Of a stretch of DNA of 64,000 bases, positions 41,402 through 56,392 are shown in pieces (the first letter of the stretch is position 1; each line of letters starts with the position of its first letter). The notes below the pieces were generated by a model. That model saw only the letters and a program-made list of their open reading frames with translations, did no database searches and was not told the origin of the DNA. The stretch is from Eledone cirrhosa (Eukaryota), in assembly GCA_964016885.1 (NCBI GenBank), contig OZ024741.1, forward strand, positions 323,888,001 to 323,952,000, written 5' to 3'. The translations under genes and the position numbers were made by a program.

Positions 41402-42868
41402 ATTGGAATGTTGATGGGTCTGTAGTGGGTTTGGTCTTCGACACAATTGCTTCGAATTCTGGATGGAAAAATGGTGCCTGCGTGAAACTAGAAGAGATGC
41501 TCAACAAAAAGGTGTTTTATTTTGCTTGACGGCACCATGTCATGGAGCGTATCTTGTGTGCAGTGTGGCAACAACTATTCGGAGCAATGTCCAGTCCAGA
41601 CATCCCAGAGTTCAAGGAGTTAAAAAAAGATTGGGTGTCACTCACGGACAAGACCGACTTTAAAACATTGAACATTATCGACCAGAGACTCAAGCGTCTG
41701 TGTTCTGCGAAAAAGATTTGCTGACATCCGACAATGGGAAAATGAGTTCTCTTCCATGGGACGACTACCGAGAATGTGCCGAGTTGATGTTGATCTTGCT
41801 TGGTGTCACCCCTCCTCCTGGAATTCATTGGATTCTGCCTGGTGCACATCATAACGCTCGGTGGATGTCCACAACATCTATAGTGCAAAGATGTATGCAT
41901 TTGGTGAGTGACTCAATTACGATCAAGCTAAAATGGAAAAGTTGCGCCGGATCTGTATGTTCAATGCTCTGTTCTACGTACGATACTGGCTGACAGCAGT
42001 CAAGTTGCTGATGCGCCATCCAATGCCCTTCAATTCTACGTGGAGTTGACACAGTACAGTAAAGTTGACAGAGATCTCTCGCAGAGAGCCGCTACTGCTC
42101 TGAGTAGGCATCTTTGGTACCTGACGGAGGAAGCCATTCCGCTAGCGCTGTTTTCAAGTCGGGTCCAAGAGTCTGAGAATAAACAAATAGCCCAGCATCT
42201 TGTCAAAACTAAAACGTCTGGGCCTCTCGACCGTAGTGCTCCAGTATTTCCCGAGTTGAAGTCGTCCACGAAGCTGCCTCATCTAGTTGGGAAGAAATCA
42301 AGGCTTCTGTTCGATCTCCTTGGTCTCGACGATACTTGGCTTGAGCTGTCACCTGCAACTTGGTCATCACAAGCGTCATATCAAAATGCCTGTGCTGTTG
42401 TTCACAATATCAAGGTAGTCAACGATCTGGCGGAGAGAGCAGTCAAGTTGATAACTGATTTTGTTGCCATCACCAAGAACGAGGAGGAGAAGCAGTGTGT
42501 TCTTCAAGTAGTCGAAGCTCATCGTCGCAAGGTCCCGGATTTCAAAAAAGAAACTCTGAAAAAAATATGACTGGAGTTAACTTAACTGAACTTGTTTCTT
42601 CCTTGTACGCCTTTATATTCAAAGCTGGTTTACTAAATATAATGGATTAATAAAATAAACAATTATTGTATGGTCATATTTGGTTTCACATTTTCATGAT
42701 TTCATGCAACATAATCACACTTTCCACTATAATCACCATGATATAGGCAAAACTCAAAATAATTTATCTTATACAAAATATGTTTTATTTTACCAATTGG
42801 GGCATTTATAATGGGAAAATACACAGGGAGCGTTAGTATTGTGACCTTGCTTTTTATGGCACACTCTA
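41402..42868 (+). mobile_element. hATm-like DNA transposon, 3' half with decayed transposase and right terminus
   Basis: LVFDTIASNSGWKNGAC, FA*RHHVMER, DDYRECAEL, PGAHHNARWMS, RHLWYLTEE, VVNDLAERAVKLITDF; the terminus reads TAGAGTGTGCC on the minus strand. Confidence 0.75.
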
Positions 42869-42873
42869 ATATA

Positions 42874-43776
42874 TCAATATATATAATTCCTGTTCTGTGT
42901 GTGTGTGTAAAAGAGTTTCACTTGGAAAATATTCCATCGATCTCTGTCAAATTAAACACATAGCCAAAATAGGCTACCGTTTGTAACATCAAGAAAAAAT
43001 TATTTCTTAATGATTAATTTCGAAGTCACAAACTTCGATTTTATAATCTTATAGACTTTTGCACTAACAAATTCCATGACGGCCATAAAGAGAGAGAGAG
43101 CGTTCCTTTTACACACTTCTTAACTCTCCCCCTTCCACAACACGACGTTATGGGATTGTATGTGTATGTGCGTGTGTATATGTGTGTGTATGTGTTTGTG
43201 TGTGTATGTGTGCGTGCATGTGTGTGTGTGTGTGTGTGTGTGTGTAATTTCCATAACGGCCAGAGAGAGAAGGATGTGTGAGAGGGAGATAGAAAGAGAG
43301 GAGTGAGAGAGAGAGAGTAAAATAAAGAAAGAGAGGAGTGTGTGTGACGCGAATATGATAAATACAGCGTTTATAATTTTAACTTATTTATTACACTTCT
43401 TAACTCTGCCCCTTCCACAACGTCACGTCTTGGGATTGTGTGCGTATGTGTGTGTGTGTATGTGTGTGTGTTTGTGTGTATGTGTGTGTATGTTTGTGTG
43501 TGTATGTGTTTGTGTGTGTGTACATGATGGATGTTTTAAAATACACATTGTTCAACCGACACGGCTAACGATACATTTCTCTATGTTCACATTTTAATGA
43601 CACATATCTGTAAATAAAACTTGCTCTTTTTGAATACCGTCTCATTTTTTTTTTATTGAAAGAGTTGATCAGGTAAAATTATCCTCCAAGTTAAACATAC
43701 AACACGGAAATTGACCATTAACATTGCAGCCCTACCAAGAACTGACACCGTCCAATGGACGGGGGTCATTTGCTAG
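42874..43776 (+). mobile_element. Non-autonomous Helitron
   Basis: A|TCAATATATATAA 5' end; CCGTCC(aat)GGACGG hairpin followed by CTAG|T at 43773-43776. Confidence 0.7.
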
Positions 43777-43826
43777 TATATATATATGTATATATATTTA
43801 ACTGTGTGTGTGTGTGTGTGTGCATG

Positions 43827-43995
43827 TTGAAGCTCCGTCGGTACAGATGACCAGTGTTCTAGTTGTTTGTTCAACAGAGAAGCCTGCTCATGAAGATAAC
43901 GTGCAAGTGGCTGAGCACCCTGGAGACACGTGCAACGTGCAATCTTCATAGAATTCTCAGAGAAATTCAGTATAACTCAGTTTGTGACACGGCCA
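43827..43995 (+). mobile_element. Second interspersed repeat family (SINE-like)
   Basis: CTCCGTCGG...CAAGTGGCTGAGCAC; reverse-strand relatives near 10185-10330 and 45490-45570. Confidence 0.55.
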
Positions 43996-44117
43996 CACAA
44001 CCACTCTCCTTATACAAACAAACAAAAAGACACATATATGTCTGTGCCAATGTGGAACTGTGTGTATATGCTAGTGTGTGTGTATGTGTATGTTTGCCTG
44101 TATTATTATGATTATTA

Positions 44118-44512
44118 GGGCGGTGGATTGGCAGTATCAGTAGAGGGTTGGACGCCATGCTTTCCAGCATAGTTACGTCCCTTTACGATCTGAGTTCAAA
44201 TCCCGCCGAAGTTGACTTTGCCTTTCATCCTTACGGGGTCGATAAAATAAAGTACCAGTAATGCACTGGGTATTTGCTGAACTTGTGCATAAAGTAGAAA
44301 TAATTATTATGATTAAGAATCATAATTAAGGGCGGTGGATTGGTAGTATCGGTGGAGGGTCGGATGCCAGAGAGTTACGGCCCTTTACGGTTTGAGTTCA
44401 AATGCCGCCGAGGTTAACTTTGTCGTTCATCCTTACGGGGTCGATAAAATAAAGTACCAGTGATGTACTGGGATAATTGCTGGCCTTGTGCTAAAAGAAG
44501 AAACAATTATTA
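44118..44512 (+). mobile_element. Two tandem tRNA-derived SINEs
   Basis: GGGCGGTGGATTGG...GAGTTCAAAT.CCGCCG...AAGTACCAGT occurs twice. Confidence 0.92.
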
Positions 44513-44904
44513 TGATTAAGAATCATTCATTGTATTTGATCATTTCTCTGTGGTTTCGGATAATCGGATATTCCACACACTTCCACACCCGTTCTCTTTC
44601 ACCTTCCCATTCCCACCTCTCCTCTCCCTTACACACTCCAATTAGTGTAAAGAAAGGAATTACGGATTAATTAAGAAGCCAGCTTCCAGTAAAAAAAATG
44701 TTTATGTTTTATAGCTACACGGTGAAATTTTCGGAAAAACCGATTATGATCTTGTAATAACTATTATAATTTATGAGGCTGTAGCAGCAACGACATCAGC
44801 GTTAGTCAAACATATGTAATCATATTCTAATAACAATTTCTCGAATATTCAAGTATTTCTCGAATATTCAAGTATTTAAATAAATGTTATTTGGGTTTCG
44901 AAAT

Positions 44905-45160
<256 letters not shown>

Positions 45161-45729
45161 CCCTTTCTTCTTGACTCTATCCAAGAAATACGTCATGTGT
45201 ACGAGAGTTCATGGAATAGCCAACCATTTACTGTACAATGCAGCAACCTAACTATTCAGTTGTATAAAAAAAAAAAAAACCTGTAGCATTTGTTGTGTTG
45301 ATAGCGGAAGGATGTACTTTATTTTTACATTTATTACAAAATAACATTTATTTTAACAAAGACAGGCAGAAATTGAGCAAACTGTGTAGAAATACATACA
45401 TATTATTAAACTGCATGTATAATTAAAAAAGCACTGCATCCTATCATACACTGTGTCACATTAATCATTACTGTAAGTGTACATAATATATCTGTGGAAT
45501 ACTCAGCCACTTATAGTACGGGTCAGTTGATCAAATATATGAACACTCGTCGTCGATAGTGACGGAGGAAGTATTTTACATTTAGATTTATAGTAAAACA
45601 ACATTTATTTTAACGACAGACTGAACTGAAGGAGAAGGATAAACACGAATGAATATTTAAACAGACGCCATATTAGTTGAATGTTTATAGAACGGTAAAA
45701 ACACTCTTCACTCATCGAGTGACGTAATC

Positions 45730-45741
45730 CATACATACACT

Positions 45742-45773
<32 letters not shown>

Positions 45774-46004
45774 CATATACACACAAATATATATATATAT
45801 ATATGTGTGTGTGGGTGGTATATATATATATATACACACATACATATATATATATACACACGCACACATATATATACATATATATATATATACACATACA
45901 TATATATATACATACATACATAAATATACACATACATACATATACACACACACACATATATATATATATATACACATACATACATATACACATACATACA
46001 CACG

Positions 46005-46050
<46 letters not shown>

Positions 46051-46367
46051 ATATAAATTCATATATACATATATATATATACATACATATATACACACAC
46101 ACACACACCATACATATATAAATATACACATACATACATATATACACACACACACATATATATATATATATACACATACATACATATACACATACATACA
46201 CACGCACACACACACACATACATATACACACACACACATATATATATATATACATACATATACACATACATACACACATATATATATACATAATATAAAT
46301 TCATATATACATATATATATATATACATACATATACACACACACACACCATACATATATAAATATAC

Positions 46368-46414
<47 letters not shown>

Positions 46415-46680
46415 CACATGCATACATATATACATACATACATGTACACATACATACACACTCACACACACACACATATATATATACATAATATAAATTC
46501 ATATATACATATATATACATAATATACACACACACACACACACTCACACACACACACATATATATATATATACATAATATAAATTCATATATACATATAT
46601 ATATACATAGTATACACACACACACACACTCACACACACATATATATATATATATATATTTATATACACACGTATATATA
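45730..46680. repeat. CA/TA compound microsatellite with a higher-order repeat
   Basis: Spacer ATAATATAAATTCATATATAC recurs four times. Confidence 0.85.
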
Positions 46681-46844
46681 TGTGTAAATAATTGTTTCTA
46701 CTAACAGCAGCAACAGCAACAACGACAACAATGGCGACGATGAAAACAACGACGACGACAGTAACATACACAATATTAACAATGATAGAAAAAAATATAT
46801 AATTATATTTATGACAATGACGATGATGTTGATGATGATGATAG

Positions 46845-48900
46845 TATTGGTGGTGGTGCTGGTGATGGTAAGAGTGGTGGTTATGATGCTGGTGGTGGTA
46901 CCGATGTTAGTGATGGTTTGGTGGTGGTGGTGTTTGAGTTGGTGGTGGTGGTGGTTATGATGTTGGTGGTGGTACCGATGTTAGTGATGGTTTGGTGGTG
47001 GTGGTGCTGGTGATGGTAAGAGTGGTGGTTATGATGTTGGTGGTGGTACCGATGTTAGTGATGGTTTGGTGGTGGTGGTGTTTGAGTTGGTGGTGGTGGT
47101 GGTTATGATGTTGGTGGTGGTACCGATGTTAGTGATGGTTTGGTGGTGGTGGTGTTTGAGTTGGTGGTGGTGGTGGTTATGATGTTGGTGGTGGTACCGA
47201 TGTTAGTGATGGTTTGGTGGTGGTGGTGCTGGTGATGGTAAGAGTGGTGGTTATGATGTTGGTGGTGGTACCGATGTTAGTGATGGTTTGGTGGTGGTGG
47301 TGGTGGTGGTGGTGTTGGAGTTGGTGGTGGTGGTGGTGGTGGTGTTTGAGTTGGTGGTGGTGGTGGTAATGATGTTGGCGGTGGTACCGATGCTAGTGAT
47401 GGTTTGGTGGTGGTGAGTGGTGGTGGTGTTGGAGTTGGTGGTGGTGGTGGTGGTGGTAATGATGTTGGCGGTGGTACCGATGCTAGTGATGGTTTGGTGG
47501 TGGTGAGTGGTGGTGGTGGTGTTGGAGTTGGTGGGGCTGGTGGTGGTGGTGTTGGAGTTGTTGTTGTTGTTGGTGGTGGTGTTGGAGTTGTTGGTGGTGG
47601 TGGTAGTGATGTTGGCGGTGGTACCGATGTTAGTGATGGTTTGGTGGTGGTGGTGGTGGTGGTGGTGTTGGAGTTGGTGGGGTGGTGGTGGTGGTGTTGG
47701 AGTTGGTGGTGGTGGTGGTGTTGGAGTTGGTGGTGGTGGTGGTGGTGGTAATGATGTTGGCGGTGGTACCGATGCTAGTGATGGTTTGGTGGTGGTGAGT
47801 GGTGGTGGTGGTGTTGGAGTTGGTGGGGCTGGTGGTGGTGGTGTTGGAGTTGTTGTTGTTGTTGGTGGTGGTGTTGGAGTTGTTGTTGGTGGTGGTGGTG
47901 GTGTTGGAGTTGTTGGTGGTGGTGGTAGTGATGTTGGCGGTGGTACCGATGTTAGTGATGGTTTGGTGGTGGTGGTGGTGGTGGTGGTGTTGGAGTTGGT
48001 GGGGTGGTGGTGGTGGTGTTGGAGTTGGTGGTGGTGGTGGTGTTGGAGTTGGTGGTGGTGGTGGTGGTGGTAATGATGTTGGCGGTGGTACCGATGCTAG
48101 TGATGGTTTGGTGGTGGTGAGTGGTGGTGGTGGTGTTGGAGTTGGTGGGGCTGGTGGTGGTGGTGTTGGAGTTGTTGTTGTTGGTGGTGGTGGTGTTGGA
48201 GTTGTTGTTGGTGGTGGTGGTGGTGTTGGAGTTGGTGGTGGTGGTGGTAGTGATGCTGGCGGTGGTACCGATGTTAGTGATGGTTTGGTGGTGGTGGTGG
48301 TGGTAGTGGTGTTGGAGTTGGTGGTGGTGGTGGTGGTGTTTGAGTTGGTGGTGGTGGTGGTAATGATGTTGGTGGTGGTACCGATGTTAGTGATGGTTTG
48401 GTGGTGGTGGTGGTGTTGGAGTTGGTGGTGGTGGTGGTAGTGATGTTGGCGGTGGTACCGATGTTAGTGATGGTTTGGTGGTGGTGGTGGTGGTGGTGGT
48501 GTTGGAGTTGGTGGGGGTGGTGGTGGTGGTGTTGGAGTTGTTGTTGTTGGTGGTGGTGGTGTTGGAATTGTTGGTGGTGGTGGTGGAGTTGGAGTTGCTG
48601 GTGGTGGTGGTGTTGGAGTTGCTGGTGGTGATGGTGTTAAGAGTGGTGGTAATGATGTTGGCGGTGGTACCGATGTTAGTGATAGTTGGGTGGTGGTGGT
48701 GTTGGTGGTAAGAGTGGTGGTTATGGTGTTGGTGGTGGTGGTGGTGGTGGAGTTGGTGGTGGTGGTGTTGGTGGTGTTGGAGTTGGTGGTGGTGGTGGTG
48801 GTGGTGGTAAGAGCGGCGGTAATGATGTTAGTGATGGTTTGGTGGTGGTGGTGGTGGTGTTGGAGTCGTTGTTGTTGGCGGTGGTGGTGTTGGAGTTGGT
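46845..48900. repeat. (GGT)n-based minisatellite with a recurring GGTACCGATGYTAGTGATGGTTTG unit
   Basis: The unit recurs more than 15 times with variable GGT spacers. Confidence 0.92.
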
Positions 48901-49283
48901 GTCGGTAGTGGTGATGATGGGAATAATGATGATGAGGATAACGATTATAATGACGATGGTGTTGGGGATGAAGGTGATGATAACTGTGACGATGGTGATG
49001 CTGCTCCTGATAATGTTGTTTGGGATTACGACGGTGATGATGATGTGTTGGTGATGGTGATCACGATGTTGATGACGACGACGACGATTGTGGTGGCGAT
49101 GAGGATGTGGGTGTTGGTGCTGTTGTTGTTGTTGTTGTTGTTGGTGGTGGTAGTGACAATAATGGTAATCATATCTTCTCAAGATTTATTGACAAGTTCT
49201 GGTAGACTTGATTAATAGCGATGTTGGATGGCGAGAAAATAACAATAACAACAATAACAACAATAACACTAACAGCAGCAGCG

Positions 49284-49316
<33 letters not shown>

Positions 49317-49431
49317 GAAAAGAAAGAAAGGGATACGCCAATGAATATAAGATTTGGAAAAAGTAAAAGAAAATAGTAATAAAAGGATTATTCAGACTGA
49401 AGAGGCGGACAGATTTTTGACAAGAATAAAT

Positions 49432-49620
49432 AATTGTTTCTACTTTTGGCACATGGCCAGCAATTAACCAGTACATTACTGGTACTTTATTTTATCGACC
49501 CCCGTAAGGATGAAAAGCAAAGTTAACCTCGGCGGGATTTGAACTCAGAATGGCAAGGGCCATGACTCTATGCGTCAAAGATGGCGTCCGACCCTCTAAC
49601 CGATACTGCCAATCCAATCC
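49432..49620 (-). mobile_element. tRNA-derived SINE
   Basis: Reverse complement of the family consensus. Confidence 0.9.
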
Positions 49621-49759
49621 AATGATTTCTTTATTTGCCACACAGGGCCGAGACCAGAAAACGTTAAAGATGGCGCACGGTGATACCCTGACGTGGGGTG
49701 TGTGTATAAAAAGCGATAATAAGTTTAAAAAAAAAACGTAAAAAATTCAAACAAAGGAA

Positions 49760-52340
49760 AATTCTCGAATAGAGGGTAGACTTTTGAGCGTCACTCGGGG
49801 AGAAAGCCCACAAAAATGCACGGTCGCCTCAACCCTTAAATCAAATACCCCTACTAGTTGTCCTCCTCCAATTAACACATACTCAGTGTAAGCCCATTCA
49901 CCCAGGTTATACTCATCACTCTCATCCACCTTTGAACAAATTGGTTAGAAGGCACGTCCTACTCCAACCTGATTTTTCTTTTCAGGTAGAACTTGAAAAT
50001 GTTAATTAGTGCTTTATCGAAAAGGGAAGTGCATGACTTCGATACTTTGAAGCACAACCACCACACAAACATTTTCACCATCGTCACAAGAAAACTGTTA
50101 GTTCTTCCAGCTCAACTAAGGACTCAGCTGATCTATGTAACTCCTGAAGTCATCAATGCTTGGACACAGGACGAGTGCATGCAGGATGGTTTCGTCACCC
50201 TGCGCGAATCTCGAACATGCTCAACTGACGGCACTTCTGTGCCCCGTAAATCTTATCTGGTCTCGACGATGCTAAAAAGCACTGTCAGGCGGAGAATTTC
50301 TGAAAGTTAGCCATCAAACCCGGACTAAAAGTTGTCCGGGAGCATGGCTAGTTGATCATTTCTGACTTCTAACCTCTCCCAAAGAACTTCGTCACTTTCC
50401 CGTCATCTTCTATAACATGCAAAAGTGGATTTTCCAACAATCGCAGTGTGTAACTGGTAGATGGCTATGAATGCTTCACGGCTGCATAGCACTGCTTCTC
50501 GGTCTTTGCATAACGCTGCCTGCAGCTTCATCAAAGAGACGAGTTAGAGAAACATGTGTATGGCCACCGGCGACCTCAGTGGTTCATCGTCAAGGGAACG
50601 CTAGAGATGTCGCAGCCACAGTGCATGTTAGTGCATCATCACCCACAGCAACGGGTTTGATAGCAGATGGACCACCTGGCCGCTCAAACGCGTCTTCCAC
50701 GAAAAACGAAAGAGCAGACGCTCCAATGCATTCAGACGTGGACCAGGACAAGATAGGAGAGTCAGGCGATAGAGTAGACGGACGCGATGAATGCGTTCGT
50801 AACCTCTCTCCGACCTCATCCCAGATTTTGTCCATTTTGTGATCTGGATCAAACACATTAGACGGGAATCGGGGCACGATGTTCGTTACATCGTCCTTAT
50901 TTTTGTCCACCTGAAAATCTGGACCGAACCATATCATGAGAAACTTAAACGTCCCTTCCGTCCAGCACCAAAGGAAGCTGTTGGACTACATGGACCTGAT
51001 TCTCCAGATCCCGAACCGCTGGCCCACCGACTTTTTCTTGTTCATTTTCGCTCCTGTCCGCCACGTACTCTGTAAAACGGTTTCAATCATCTCGATATGA
51101 TTGCTGCTGGATACCACGACAGCGACGTAATCAGCACATGCTTACACGTATCCTAATTTGCACGGGATGTGCCCAACGTCGCCAGTTAGCGCAGTAGTGG
51201 CTTTAGCGTTAGTACATACAGCAAAAACGGATGAGGACAACCTTGGTTGATTACGTGAATGATATTGTTCGGTTCCAATAGGAGACCGATCACTCTGACC
51301 ACTGCATAGATGTTACTCTGCATTGCAGTGATCTATATCTTTACAATGCATCCGAAATTGGTTGCCTTGATAACTGTCTCCACATAGCGATGGGCGATCC
51401 TAGTGAAAGCTTTCGATTGATCTAAGTTGATCAGAACCACACCCATGTTAGTTTCCTTACTCCCTCTTGGATGTATCGCACATGGTGTAGGTTGCCGTGG
51501 ATGGATCTGTTCAAAATAATGCATGTGTGCCTCCCATACCAGAATTTTTATTTTTGTTTTGGTCTTTTATCAGCAGCACAACCACTCCTCGGCTCAAATA
51601 AATTTGGATTCGCCCGTTCTTGTTGACAGTTGCGGTAGACATGTGCCAGTAGAACAGACCACCAAAACCCAAGGTGATTTACCCTATTAGAGATAATCAT
51701 AGCTCCCGTATTTCAGCGACTGTTATTGGCTTTCCGCAACACCTTTCCTTCGTCGACAGCCATGTCAGGTTGTCGTAGTAAGCCCTGTAGTACCTCCAAC
51801 TATCTAAAGCATCCGCTCGATGCTGATCATATATTTGGAAGCATATGGCAAGAAGTATGAGGTTTTGAAACCCTCTACCCTTATCTGTTATCTCCACACA
51901 GTCACAGCCTGCATCTAAGATACTGTTATTGTCACCTACTAACATTAAAGCGCGGATGTTCCTTGAAATATCTCCAGGCAGCTGAAGAAATTAGGCCGTC
52001 CTACCCATGTCAGGCCATAAACGACCATTAGTCTGAAGACATACTTTTTACTGTTGGTTACGTCCACCACCAACAACTTACCTTCTGGGTCCAGAAAGAT
52101 GGTCCATATCACGATATCCAAGTCTTTGCGGAACAATCCAGCGAATCTGCCTCCGTATTGTAGTGTACACATCGTACAGCCGTCTGCACACATCGTAACC
52201 ATGGAAAATAAGTACGAAAACACGGCCCTAGGAAATTCTGGTCTCGTTGTTGGCCACAACATCTATGTTTAGTGAACTGACGTCGTTGAGCAAGTAGCTT
52301 TGCTTCCAACACAACCACAGGACACGTGCATTTACACAAC
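49760..52340 (-). mobile_element. Heavily decayed Tx1/L1-like ORF2
   Basis: Minus strand: DPEGKLLVVDV...FRLMVVYG, LVGDNNSILDA, LINLDQSKAF, IWFGPDFQVDKN; homologous to 4830-8130. Confidence 0.8.
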
Positions 52341-52359
52341 ATATACTACATAATAATAA

Positions 52360-52515
52360 TAATTGTTTCTACTTTGGGCACAAGGCCAGCAATTATCCCA
52401 GTGTATTACTGGTACTTTATTTTATCGACCGCGTAAGGATGAAAGGCAAAGTTAACCTCGGCGGGATTTGAACTCAGTCCGTAAAGGGACGTAACTGTGC
52501 TGCAAAGCATGGCGT
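52360..52515 (-). mobile_element. tRNA-derived SINE
   Basis: Reverse complement of the family consensus. Confidence 0.9.
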
Positions 52516-52779
52516 AATGATATGTGATATGTAGGATACCAGTCATACTCAAATCCCTTGAGACAAATAATAGTTTAATATAACATCCCCATTAAATAAC
52601 AATCTAGTATTCTGCCCAGCGTAGAATAGTCTGCATTAGCAAAGGGTAGATAGGTCTCTTTAAGTCTTACTTGACAAATTATTTAGGAATGGTATCTTGA
52701 TAAAAACACTGGTTATTGTGTGATCTCACCTACATACACATCATGTCGTAATAGCAACAAATACTAATTCAAATCCGAT

Positions 52780-55745
52780 CGGTTGTCGTTTAGCTTATCA
52801 AGGATCGAAAAGTCCGTTACTGGTTCAAACCTTCTCAATAATATGGGTTTGGAACTCACCTACAACAGGACGTATGCTACCGAAGGCCCTCCATGGCCAG
52901 CATCAACTGATATTTTTAAAGGTAATAGGCAGAAATGGCCCAGGGAAGACGATAAACAGGTTTGGGAAGACTACTACACTGCTATGTATTATTGATAAGA
53001 ACTTTCAAACACTGAGGAAACACACCGAATCTGGAGTGAGAGGAATCGCAATATGACTGAACATTAATAGCAATGCCCTTGAGGATATACGCAGAAATAT
53101 AATTAAAACTTAATTACTGACTAATATTGAAATAGATCGAATAAAAGAAAACGTGATGTCATAGCTCAATTATAACCTAACAAACTCAAGTCATAAAGCA
53201 AAAGACATAAATGTAAAATAATTCCCTTAACAAGAAATAGCTAATATAACACAACAAAATGAGACGAATCCCTACTTTACGTCATAGAGAGCATGCAGAG
53301 AAAAAGTTTGATGGAATCGCTGACAATTTAATTGGATCTAGTTACAACAAATAATGTGACAGAACTGGAAGGGGAAATAATGATAACGGCTGAATGGATG
53401 AATGTTCAAAATATGAATATGAGTGACCGTTGGGTAAACACGGTTGTAGAAAATACCGTAAACCAAAATGAATTTGACAACATATCCCTCAATGGACTAA
53501 TCTATACTACTTCTACAATGCATAGAAAATGTATGGCATGAAACTCGGAAACAAAGTATCCAAATTTCGGAAAAACTTAGCATGGCAATTAAAGATCAAG
53601 AAAAAATCAACGGTCTTCGTTCTGACATAGAAATACTAAAACATATTCGGGAAAATCACAACATAAAGCTTTCAATAAGCAGAAAAAACCCAAAAGAATG
53701 TATGAATTAGAATTAAAGAGCGAAATTGAAACATTAGAGAAGATTAAAGAAATAAAGTGCAAGCTAAGTCCGCATGCAAACGCCGTTTTGAAAAAGGACC
53801 TAGGTCCTTTAACATGTTCAAAACAAACCACCAAAATATTCTACAGAAATATAGAAAAAAAACACTATCGAATAAAATATGCTCTTACAAAACAAGAAAT
53901 ACATGATGCAGGACATTTAGAAAAGCAGAGGTGGGCAGGGATAAATGTCCATTGTAAAAAAATCCAGTAAATGAAAATCTGAAAAGGATAAAATACCCGA
54001 ATCTTGGTTAAGTGTCTTGACAAATTTTTATGAAAAATTAACTGTTTTTTATTTTATTCTATAAATAATTCCTGAGCAGTTGGTTAATGGCAACACTTTC
54101 CTGCTCTCTAAAAAGAATGAAACCGAAATTACCAAAAGTTATAGATCTATAGCGTGCCTAGCAACAATACACAAAATCCTCATATCAGTTCTGTTAGAAT
54201 GCACTTACGCTTTCAATTTCTTCTGGTGAACAAAAAGGATGTAAGCGCTGTTAATACGGACGTAAGGACCAACTCTCAATCAATAAACTGATCTGTTATG
54301 ATTGTTACAGCAGCTACACATATCTCTCAGTGGCATGGATAGAGTATAAAAATGCCTTTTATAACCTTCCTCATAGCTGGATTGAAGAATCCCTTAAACT
54401 ATTGAAACTCATCTGTAATCAGGAATATTTTATCACGTTATGAAGCTTTGGAAGACAACAATAATTCTAATAATAGACACCATCATCCTTAGTCCAGTAG
54501 AGTTTAATATCAAACATAGAATCATTCAAAGGTATTTACTGCCTCTTTATTGTTTCGATTAGCACTGATTCCCCTAAGAAAATTAGTAAATGAAACGGGA
54601 TATCGATATAAGATTTATGACACTAACGTCAATAAATGTTTCTAGATAGATGATCTGAAACTATGTAAAAACCGATCATCATCTATAATGACTGCCTAAG
54701 AGTGTAAAACAATTTAGTGACAATATCAAAATAGAATTCGAGTTCGATAAGTGTGCCAAGAATACATTTATCAAAGGAAAATTATTAGCCTCCAACAACA
54801 TTATATTAGAGACGTATATCACAGAAAAAAAAAAATAGAACCATAGGGCAGTTTTAAATATCTAGGTGTCTGTGAGAACAGCGGAATTAAGCATTCATTG
54901 ATGAGAGAAAAATAAGAAATGAATGTTGCCGAATAGTTAGAGCCATTCCGAAGAGTGAATTAAATGCTAGGAACAAAATAGAAGTTATTAATACACTAGC
55001 CATACGTGTAGTTATTTACAGTTTCAACATTAACTGTTAATTATCGGAAGTTAGCAGAATTAATGTCAAAATCCGTTAGCTATTAACTATGTACCGAATG
55101 CGCCCCACAAAAGCGGATGTAGATGACTTGTATCGTAGGCGAATACAACTTCAATTGTATATTAAGATCACCACCATAGATCTTTTTTCGCATTTGGAAC
55201 AGAGAAAAGATTGAATATAAAAACTGCTAGTAAGGCATAGAGGGCCCAAAAGGGTACACTCTATAACAAGGGATACAAAAAGTACATTCTAGAAATGCAA
55301 TTAGTAGGGTGAGAATCCAATGAAGCAAATGTCTTCCCTGCTGAAATGGCTAAACAAATAAAGAAGAAAGCAAAGCAAACCAACTTGAGCAAACTAAGGA
55401 AAATGAGTAAAAATGACTGCATGGAAAATACTCCAGCCACGCCCGCGATCCTGATGTAGATGAAATATTTACCCGGTCTTAAACCAGAAAGTGAAGGGAA
55501 TATTATTGCTGCAGAAGATCTACCAGAAATTATAAGTGTCACGCTTCAGAAAATGATACCGACTCATCGTGTTATATATATCAGGAAAGACCGAAGACAA
55601 TATATCACATTATCTCTAGATGTGGCTGATTGGCACTGATTGAGTATTTGCAACGGTATGATAGAGCAGCTCCGTACACATATTGGGCGATGAGCTCTAC
55701 TTTTAATTTCCATTATAAAGAGAATTAGTGTGAGTACAATAATGA
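52780..55745 (+). mobile_element. Decayed R4/Dong-like non-LTR retrotransposon
   Basis: SYRSIACL, EQKGC..GRKDQL, LSVAWIEYKNAFYNLPHSWI, IDDLKL, EFDKCA, FKYLGV, ELNARNKIEVINTLA, LKPESEGNIIAAED. Confidence 0.72.
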
Positions 55746-55749
55746 CTGC

Positions 55750-56337
55750 ATTTAGAATACAGATGTTGAAAGATTATACCTACCATAAACACAAGGAGAA
55801 AAGAACCTTATGGGACTAAAAAATTGTTACAAAATAACTACTTTAGGACTACAAAAATATCTAATGAAGGACAAAGGAAAGTTTAATTGAAATAGTCACG
55901 AAACATGAACAAAACCAGAAATTTTCTCTGTCTTCAACGAAGACAGCAAATTCAAAGCAGAAGCTGGATTAACAGATAACTGTGGGGGAAATAAAACAAA
56001 GAAGAAACAACAGAAATTGTGAAAAACAATCTAAATTGAAGAGAGACCTCCAGAATGTCATGTTAAAATGATGGTAAGAAAAAAACATTTCATGGTCAAT
56101 ACCTGACAAAGCTGAATAGAGAGGAAGTAGACAGGCAAAACTATCCAAACTGGCTACGAAGCACTGGACCGAGACGGAAGGATTTCTAATTGCAAGCACA
56201 AGATCAAAGCCTCCTCGCCAGAAATCACCAGAAGTACATAATGAACGAGAACATAACTGCAGAATATTTGGAGGTAGGGGAAGAAACAATTAACCAGATT
56301 ATCTCTGGCTACCCAGTCTTAACCAAAAAGAATATAT

Positions 56338-56392
<55 letters not shown>

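Noticed and set aside
46845-49182. Gly/Val-rich or Pro/Thr-rich mucin- or extensin-like protein
   Set aside because: Unit spacing such as 74 bp between GGTACC sites is not a multiple of 3, so the reading frames shift.
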